A stretch of 64,000 nucleotides of DNA, from NCBI GenBank assembly GCA_014905635.1, contig JABVCE010000011.1:186001-250000 (forward strand). The letters are read 5' to 3'. Below are positions 56,287 to 64,000 of the stretch, piece by piece. Below the pieces are notes generated by a model that was not told where the DNA came from, made no database searches, and saw nothing but the letters and a program-made list of their open reading frames with translations. How positions within the stretch are numbered: the stretch's first letter is position 1; every line of letters begins with the position of its first letter. This stretch comes from Scenedesmus sp. PABB004. Taxonomy: Eukaryota. The position numbers were made by a program, and so were the translations under genes.

Positions 56287-59272
56287 GCCGTGGCGACAGG
56301 CGCGTGCCCGCTATCTGCTCCGCTGCCGCCCCGGCCGCGCCGGCGCTGCCGTCCGCGGGCGCTGACGCGAGGCGCTGGGCCAGCTTCTCCCTCAGCCCCC
56401 GCCGCGGCCACTCCTCGTGCTCCTCGTCGCCTGCGCCGCCGGGGCGGTCGGCGGCGGCGGCCGGCGTCGGGCGGCACTCGGCGCGGGGCGCGGCGGTCGA
56501 CGCGGGGCGCGCCGCGCCCATGCGGCGCGCGCGGCGCGCGTGGGGCAGCGCGCAGGGTGTGGCGCGCCCCGCACCCGGCAGCAGCAACGCCAGGTTGCCG
56601 CGGTGGACGAGCTCTCCGTCCGTGTGATAGCCAAGCAGGGCGGGCAGCTCTGCCGTGTGCCGGCCCAGCATCAGCGCCACCTCCTGGCGCGGCGCGCGCC
56701 GCCGGCGGCGCGGGTCAGCGGCGGCGGCGGCGCGCGAGCGGGCAGGCGGGCGCGCGCCCGGCCGCCGGCGCGGCGGCCCACGCGCCTGGCCGCCGCCCCT
56801 GCCGCCGCCGCACCTTGCTGTCAAAGTTGCTCAGGCCACGCGCAAACTCGGCGCCGCCCGAGTCGCACAGCGACACCGCGTCCTGCGCGCGGCGGGCGCA
56901 GGGCGCGTCGGCGCGTCGCCACGCGGCGCGTCGGCGCGTCCCGCTGCGCGCCCGTGGGCTGCCGTGGCCGTGCAGGCGTGCCAACACCCGGGCGTGTGCC
57001 GCGCCGTCGCACCTGCGCCGAGAAGTCGCCGACCACCTTGGTCACGCCCACGGGGAAGAGGCTCTTGTGCCGGTCCCGCACCGCGCGCTGCGCGCCGTCG
57101 TCGAGCCAGATGCTGCCGCGCACGGGCACTGTGGGCACGGCAGTGCATGCGGCGGCGGGGCGAGCGAGTCGGCGGCACCGGCGGCGGCGGCGGCGCTGGG
57201 CGCCGGCGGTGGCGGCGACCGCGCGCGCCCGGCGCCGCGCCCCGCGCGCGGCGCACCGGTGAGCAGCCAGCGCTTGCGGCCCTTGAGGCTGCGCGGCAGC
57301 GGGCGGAACTTGGTGCCCTGGCGCGCGCCGGCCAGGATGGCCAGGATGCCCTCCGGCGCCGCGCTGGTGCAAATGACGAGGCAGCACCCCGCCGCCGTCG
57401 CGATGCGCGCGGCGGTGAGCTTGGTCACCATGCCGCCTGGCCGCCGGCGGCGGCGCGGCGGGGCGTGAGGGCAGCGCGGGCGCGGCGCGTTGGACGCGCA
57501 GCGTGGCGGCGCGCGCGGCGCGGCGGCCGGCGCGGCGCGCGGCGGCGCGCGCACCCGTGCCCCACTGCGTGCCCGTGGTGCTCGTGTCGGCGGTGAGCGT
57601 GCTGATGTCGTCGACCTCGTGGATCGGCGTCGCGCTCGCGTCCAGCTGCGCGCCCCCGCGGCGCGGCGCGGCGCGGCGGGGGTCGCGCGCGCGCCGTGCG
57701 GCACCACGCCGCGCCGGCGCGCCAGCAAGCTAGCAGCCCCGCGCGGCCCCGCAGCCAGCAGCGCCGCGCGCGTGCCTTTGGGTTTGCAGTGTAGAGGGCG
57801 TCCACATCGGTCAGCAGGAACAGGTAGTCCGCCTCGACCAGCGTCGCGACCTGGCGCCAGGGTTTAGGCGGGCCGAGATTTAGGCGGGGGCCGGGGTTCA
57901 GGCAGGGGGCTGGCGCGGCGGCATGCGGGCCGGACGGCGGCGCGGCGGCGCGCGCGCGGGCGAGCGACGCGGGGCGCGGCGCGGCACCTGCGCGGAGAGC
58001 GTGTCGTTGTCGCCGAAGCGCAGCTCCTGCACCGCCACCGTGTCCTGCGCGGCCGCGGGATCATCACCGGCGGCGACGGCGGCGGCGTCGGGCGCTGCCG
58101 CAGGGGCTGGCGGCTGCCGCCCGCCGCGAGCCGCCGCCGCCGCCGCCCGGCCGCACGTTCTCGTTGACCACCGGAATGGTGCCGTACGCGAGCAGCTCGG
58201 TGAAGGTGTTGCGCGCGTTGACGTACTGGCTGCGGTCAGCTAGGTTTTCGAGCGTCAGCAGCACCTGCGCGCACGTCTGCGCGGCCGCGGGCGCGGGCGC
58301 GGCGCGGCGGCGCGCCGGTCGGCCCCGGCCCGCAAAGCGGCGCAGGAGGCCGCGCGCGGCGCGCCGGCGCCGCCCCGGGCGGCCAGGCCCCGGCGGCCGC
58401 GGCGGGCCGCCGGGCCTCCTGCGCCGCGCGCGCACCAGGCCGAGGGCGGAGAGTATGTCCTCATAGTAGCGCATGAGGTGCACCTGCCGGGCGCCCCAGC
58501 GCGCGCAGCGCGCGTGAGCGCGAGCGCACGGCCGGCGGCGACGCACGCACGCGCCGCTCGCGCGCGCCGCCCGCGGCCCAGGCGTGCGCGCCGGCCCCCC
58601 TGCCCACGGCCAGTGCGGCGCACCTGGCCGATCGCCGCGAGCGCCTGCTTCTGGGCGATCTTGGCCGGCCGCGCGGCGAGGCCGAGGCGCTGGCAGCCGA
58701 CGCCGATCGCGCCGCTGCTGACGATGATGACGTGGTGGCCTGGGAGGGGCAGGAGGGGTTCAGGGTTCCGGGCGCGGCGGGTCGAGGGTTCAGACGCAGC
58801 GGGTCCAGGCTTGGCCACGGAGAGGCGGGCGGCCGGGCGGGGGCTGGCCACTGCGGGCTGCCGCCGCCGGCTGCTGGGCGGCAGCGCCGCCGCTGCCGCC
58901 GCCAGCCGATCGCTGCTGCCGGCCGCCGCCGCCCGCCGCCCCCGGCCGCTGGAGGGCGAGGCCGCTGCCTGCCCGCGTGCGTGCGCACCCTTGGCGTGCA
59001 GCTCACGCACGACCTCGCAGATGCGCGAGAGGCTGCTGAGGTTGAGCGTGCCGTACTGCTCGTTGATGAGGCTGCTGGTGCCGATCTTGATGACCTGCGC
59101 GGGCGCCCGGCGGCGGCGGGGCTGAGCGCGGCGCCGCGAGCGAGCAGCGCGGGGCGGCGGCCGCCGGCGCGGCGCCGCCGGGCCGCACGATGATGAGCTT
59201 GTCCTGCGCGCTGTGCAGCGCCTCCTTCACGGCGCTGGGGATGCGCCGCATCGACGGCGGCGTGGAGGTCAT
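56135..59272 (-). CDS. proB: Glutamate 5-kinase with PUA domain
   Basis: [101 protein letters not shown].GDF. Confidence 0.96.
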
Positions 59273-59756
59273 CGCGCCGGCCGCCGGGAGGCGGCCTCGA
59301 GTTTTGCTGCTGCTGCTGCCGCGCCGGGATTGCGGCAGGGCCACCGGCGCGGTGACGCACGCTTTCGGATCGAGTGGAGCCCAATGCGAGCTCGCGGGCC
59401 GCTGGGGCGAGCGGGGCGCGATCGGAGCGGGCGCGGGCAGGGCTCACCGCGCCTCCTGGCTCGCCAACGCGACCGCGCGCCCTGCCGCCACGCCCACAGC
59501 CCCGCCCGTCATCGCCGGAGACGCCGAGCTCTGCAATCAACCTCGCCAGCCGCGCACCCGCCCCAACCGCCGCCGCGCGCTGCTGTCTTGCTTCGCGTCG
59601 CACGCCGCGGCCGCGGCGGGTCCGGCCCGTCAGCGCGGCGGCGCCCACAGCTCGCGCCCGCAGCTCAGCCGGCCCGGCGGGGCGCCGCCGGCAGCCGGCG
59701 CGCACCGGGCGCGAGCAGCGAGCGGCGCCGCCGGCAGCGGCGCGGCGCTGCGCCGC

Positions 59757-60934
59757 ATGGACGCGCTCCGCGGCTGGCTGCCCGGCGGCGGCGGCGCCGC
59801 CGCCGCCGCGCCGGTGTCCGGCGGCGGCGCGGGCCCGGGCCTGCTCGCGGACTGGTCGTCGTACCAGCAGACGGCGGACGTCGAGGCGGGCGGCGGCGCC
59901 GGCGGCGGCATCGCCAAGACCGCCGAGGAGCTGGGCAGCAGCCTCGGCTCGTTCTTCACCCGCAGCTACGCCGCGATCTCGGACGGCATCGGCGCCGTGG
60001 GCAGCACGAGCCTCGAGTCCTCGTGCGCCGCCGCCGCCCCGCCGCCGCGCCCGCTCGCGCGCTCGCGCGCTCGATATCACCTCCCCCCTCGCACTCGCCC
60101 CACGCCGCCGCCGCCCGCGTCCGCGTCCGCCGCCGCCGCGCGCAGGCTGCCGTCGGGCACGCAGCTCGTGCACTTTGCGGGGCTGCTCGGCTGCGGCCTG
60201 CTCTTCCTCGCCTGCGCCCTCTTCATTGGCCTGCCCACGCTGCTGCTCAGCCCCTCCAAGTTCGCGCTCTTCTTCACGATCGGCTGCTGCCTCGTGCTCT
60301 CCGCGTTTGCCGCGCTCAAGGGCTGGCGCGCGCAGGTCGCGCACATGCTCGAGCGCGAGCGCCTGCCCTTCAGCGCGGGTGCGACGCCGCACGCCGGCGC
60401 CGCCGGCGGCGGCGGCAGCGCCGGCGGCGGCAAGCAGCCGCAGCGGCGGCGGCGGCAAGCCGCCGCAGCGGCGGCGGCGGGGAGCCGCAGCGGCAGTGGC
60501 GCGCCGACGCAGCCCCGCCCGCGTCCGCGCGCGCCGCGTCCGCGCCCGCCGCGTCCGCGCGCCGCGTGTCAGGCTACGTGGGCGCCGTGGCCCTCACCCT
60601 CTACGCCGCGCTCATCATGAAGAGCTACGTCCTCTCGCTCGGCTGCTCCGCGCTGCAGGCGCGGCGCGCGGCGTGCTGGGCGGCAGCGCGGGGGACGCGC
60701 GCGCGCGGCCGCACGCGGGACAAGGAGGGGGAGCGCGAGCCCGGGCGCCGCCGCTTCGTCACGCTCAAGCCGGCCGCGGCGCGCCGCTTGCCGCAGGTCG
60801 TCGCGCTGCTGTACTACCTGACCAGCTACTACCCGGGCGGCACGAGCAGCGTGCGCTACGTGCTGAGCATGTTTGGCAGCATGTTTGGCAGCTGCGCGAG
60901 CAGCTGCGGCGCGCTGCTCTTTGGCGGCAAGTGA
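59757..60934 (+). CDS. Got1/Sft2-like vesicle transport protein, 4 exons
   Basis: LLADW..Y; LP.LLLSPSKFALFFTIG; ERLPFSAGY...LTLYAAL..KSY.LS..CS..QVVALLYYL.SYYPGG. Confidence 0.9.
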
Positions 60935-61193
60935 CCACCCACGGCGCGGCGCGGGCAGGGCGCAGCTGACGGGGCTCGCTCCGCCGTTACACGCCCGCGG
61001 CGGCCGCGCGTGCCGCGGCGCAAACCCATCCCCGCCCGCCACCGAATGAAATGGCAGCCGCCGTTTTGATACAGCCTGCCCGCCCACCGACTCGGTACAC
61101 GATACATGCGCGCTGCCCCAGCAGCAGTGCTCCCCCCACGCCGCCGCGCCGGGCGCCGCCGCGCCTGCAGCAGCAGTGCCCGCCCCCACGCGC

Positions 61194-62419
61194 TCACGAC
61201 TTGGCGTGCTTGGTGAGCCACTCCAGCGTGATGTCGATGTTGGACTGCTGCTTGCAGGAGATGCTGTAGCAGCACACCTCCCGCCCCGCGAGCCCCTGCG
61301 CGGCCGCGGTGCGGCGGCGGCGGCTCGGCGCGCACCGCTCGCCGCTCGCCTTGCGCCGCGCCCCGCAGCTGCCGCGAATCGCCCGCCGCGCCGCGCCGAC
61401 CGCACCTGCAGCCCCAGCCGGTCGATGAGCTCGTTGGTGCCGAGCGCGCCGGGCAGGTCGTTCTTGTTGCCCAGCACCAGCAGCGGGATGCCGTCCAGGC
61501 TGGGCTTGGCCAGCAGCGCGTGCAGCTCCTTGCTCGACACCTGTGCGCGGCGCGGGGCGTGGTCAGGGGCGTGGACGGGGGCGCTCCGCCGCCGCTCCGC
61601 TGCCGCCGCTCTGATTCCGCCGCTCCGCTGCCGCCGCTCCGCTGCCGCCGCTGCGCTGCCGCCACTCCACTGCCGCCACTCCACTGCCGCTGCTGCCGCT
61701 CCGCTGCCGCCGCTCCGCTGCCGCCGCCGCCGCGCCGCTGCCGCCGTTCCGCCCCCCTCCGCGCGGGCCAGCGCACCGCAATCGCGTCGCCGTCGGCCGC
61801 GTCGACGACATACACAATCGCCTGCACTCCTCGGCAGTAGCGCTCCCACAGCGTGCGGAAGCGCGGCTGCGCGGCGGCAGCGGCGGCCGCGCGGTGGGCG
61901 CGCGGCGGAGGCGGCGCCGCGCCGCCGCGCACAGCGCGACCGGCCGCACCTGGCCTCCTAGGTCCCACATCTTGATGGTCACGCCGCCCTTGGTCACCTT
62001 GCGCATGTTGAAGCCGACCTGCGGCGCGCGCGGCGCAGGGCGGCGGTCGGCCGCTGCTGCCGCCGCCGCCGCCGCGCTGGCGCCCGCGTGGCCGCATGCG
62101 CGCCGCCGCCGCCGTCGGCGGCACCGTGGGTATCATATCCTCGTGGAAGCTGCCCGTGGTGAGCACGTTGACCAGCGAGCTCTTGCCCGCGTTCTGCAGC
62201 CCTATCAGCGACAGCTCCATCTCGCGCTTGAAGAACAGGCTGCCGGGCCGCGGTCGCGGCGGGCACCCACCGTGAGCGGACGCAGCGCGGGAGCGGCCAC
62301 GCCCTGCCGCCGCGCCTCGGGAGGCCCCGCGCGGCCGGCCGGGCGCCGCGATGCGCGGCCCCGGCCCGCGCGTCGCACCTGCGCAGCCAGTCCAGTATCC
62401 GGGCCCACCAGCCCGACAT
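61194..62419 (-). CDS. ARL8: ADP-ribosylation factor-like GTPase 8, 6 exons
   Basis: [83 protein letters not shown]...NID..L.WL.KH.KS. Confidence 0.97.
61583..61750. repeat. Intronic minisatellite (CCGCTCCGCTGCCG-like units) in ARL8
   Basis: Degenerate ~14-nt units with CCACTCCACTG variants. Confidence 0.8.
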
Positions 62420-62793
62420 TCTGACTGCTGGGGCGCGACGGCGCGCGAGCGGGACGCGATGGGAGCTCGCGAGCTGCTGCTGCTGCTGGCAGCGGCGGCG
62501 GGCGTGCGAGCTCGTGCGCTCGTGTCGCGCTGGCTGGAGGGGCGGAGGCCTCTGGTGTCTGGTGCGTGTGTGCCACGACCGGTGCAGCAGCTCGGCGGCG
62601 CGGGGGCGACGAGCGTCACGCGCCAGGGTTCAGGGCCAGTGCAGCGCGGGCGGGGGGCGGCGCCGCGCGTGAGTTGCCGCCCCCGGGCCGCGCCGCCAAC
62701 AGCCAACCTTGCTTGCAGGGAGGGACGAGGTGCACAACGCGGCCAGCCCGCCGCCGCCGGCGGTCAACCCAACCCCAGCGCACGGACGCGCGC

Positions 62794-64000
62794 TCAGCTC
62801 GGCGCGCCAGCGTCGTCGCTGCGCCGCGCCCCTGTGGCGACGAGCGACCTTCGCGCCGCGGCGGCGGCGCGCGCGGCGTAGGGCCCGCCGCCGCCGCCCA
62901 GCAGCACGGACGCGCGCGCGCCGCCGCCGGCGCCGCCGCTGAGGCTGAGCAGGGCCACAGAGCCCCGCGGCGCCACGGCGCTGCCGCCGCCGCCCCACCC
63001 GCTGCCGCCGCCGGCGCTCATGCTCGCGCGCGGCCGGGCGCGCGCGTCGCCGAACACGCTCGCGCGCGCGACGGCGGCGCCCGGCGCGGCGGCCGCGTCG
63101 CCGGCTGCCAGCGCGGCACGCAGCGCGTCCAGCTCCCTGCGCAGGCCAAAGTTGTCGGCGGCGAGCTGCTCCGCGGCGCGCTTGGACGCCTGCGCGGGCG
63201 CGGGCGGGTGAGCGCGTCGGCGGCGGCGCGTGCTGCCTCGGCACCGCGCCGGTCGACCAACGCCACGAGCGCAGGCAGCGCCGCCGCCCCGCGCGCGCCG
63301 CCGCGCCGCCGCCCGCGCCTGCGCGTCGGCGAGCGCCGCCGCGAGCTCCTCGGCCGCGCGCGCGGCGGCCTCGCGCGCGCGCCGCGCCTCGTCCACGAGG
63401 CGGCGCCGCAGGTCGGCGAGCTCGCTGTCGCGCTCGTCCGAGGCATAGTCCCAGCGGTCGCTGTCGCCCGGCGCGGCGCCGCCGTCGCGCTCGAGGCGGA
63501 TCGCGCGGTCGCGGCGCCGGTCCACGCGCGAGCGCACCTCGGCCAGCGCGGGCCGCGCGTCAAAGCCGCCGGCGTCCGGCCTGGCGCGCGGGGCGCGGGG
63601 CGCGGGGGGTGGGCGCGTGCGGTGCGCCGCCGCCAGCACGCGTGGCGCGCGCCCGGCGCGTGCGCCCCCGCCGCCGCCGCTCACTCGGGCTCGGGGGCCG
63701 GCGAACGCCGCGCGGCGCCGCCGCCCGCGCTGCTCTCCCGCGCGCGCGCCGGCCGCAGGCTGCCGGGCATGGTGGCCGGGCGCTGCGCGCGCGGCCCGAT
63801 CGGCGGCAGCGCGCCGCCGGACCACGACTTGGCCGACGCCGCCACCGCCGGCGGCGCCGGCGCGGCCGCGGCGGCCGCGGCTGGGTCGTAGCCAAGCAGC
63901 GCCCCGCCGCCGCCGCGCTGCTTGGCCTTGATGTCCCTGCACAGCGGCGGCGGCGGGCGCGGCGGCGGCGGCGCGCGGCGGCGGGGGTGGCGGCGGTGAG
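62794..64000 (-). CDS. 3' part of a coiled-coil protein of unknown function (5' end outside the window)
   Basis: Exons encode DSELADLRRRLVDEARRAREAAARAAEELAAALADAQ and ASKRAAEQLAADNFGLRRELDALRAALA. Confidence 0.6.
   Translation of the reverse strand, partial: SPPPPPPPRAAAAAPAAAAVQGHQGQAARRRRGAAWLRPSRGRRGRAGAAGGGGVGQVVVRRRAAADRAARAAPGHHARQPAAGARAGEQRGRRRRAAFAGPRARVSGGGGGARAGRAPRVLAAAHRTRPPPAPRAPRARPDAGGFDARPALAEVRSRVDRRRDRAIRLERDGGAAPGDSDRWDYASDERDSELADLRRRLVDEARRAREAAARAAEELAAALADAQARAAARRRARGGGAACARGVGRPARCRGSTRRRRRAHPPAPAQASKRAAEQLAADNFGLRRELDALRAALAAGDAAAAPGAAVARASVFGDARARPRASMSAGGGSGWGGGGSAVAPRGSVALLSLSGGAGGGARASVLLGGGGGPYAARAAAAARRSLVATGARRSDDAGAPS

Noticed and set aside
31096..59757. 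Head-to-head gene pairs (eIF4G/KTI12, SpoVS-like/NUS1, glutamate 5-kinase/Sft2) as a functional cluster
   Set aside because: Functions are unrelated; short divergent spacers are normal in compact algal genomes.
1..64000. Hundreds of long overlapping Arg/Ala/Pro-rich ORFs on both strands
   Set aside because: Expected from stop-codon scarcity at this GC content; they read through introns or are antisense shadows of real genes.

Overview
Very GC-rich, intron-dense eukaryotic nuclear DNA from a chlorophyte green alga (LHCB4/CP29, plastid-type RSH, TGTAA poly(A)-like signals; probably Chlorophyceae/Sphaeropleales, not determined). Most long ORFs in the six-frame track are GC artefacts, so I rebuilt about 20 spliced genes by hand and exon borders are approximate. 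They are: a heme peroxidase-DOMON-cytochrome b561 fusion, Gly-rich RRM protein, YidD-like protein, RelA/SpoT homolog, LHCB4, RgpF-like protein, eIF4G, KTI12, degenerate glycosyltransferase, secreted Cys-rich protein, small Lys-rich protein, serine acetyltransferase, SAP30-like protein, SpoVS-repeat-like protein, NUS1, GAF-kinase, glutamate 5-kinase, Sft2/Got1, ARL8 and a partial coiled-coil gene. The most striking region is a ~3.4 kb island (13311-16749) between RSH and LHCB4, bracketed by a diverged inverted repeat. It holds the C-terminal zinc-ribbon/RuvC-III fragment of a TnpB/Fanzor-type nuclease (CxxC..CxxC..RDDNAARNI), followed by a ~220-nt multi-stem structure that is a candidate omega-RNA scaffold. 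An orphan exon and a decayed dioxygenase-like gene sit alongside. Other hidden non-coding elements are two near-identical intronic box C/D snoRNAs, two long pre-miRNA-like hairpins in eIF4G introns, and an unusually high share of GC-AG introns.
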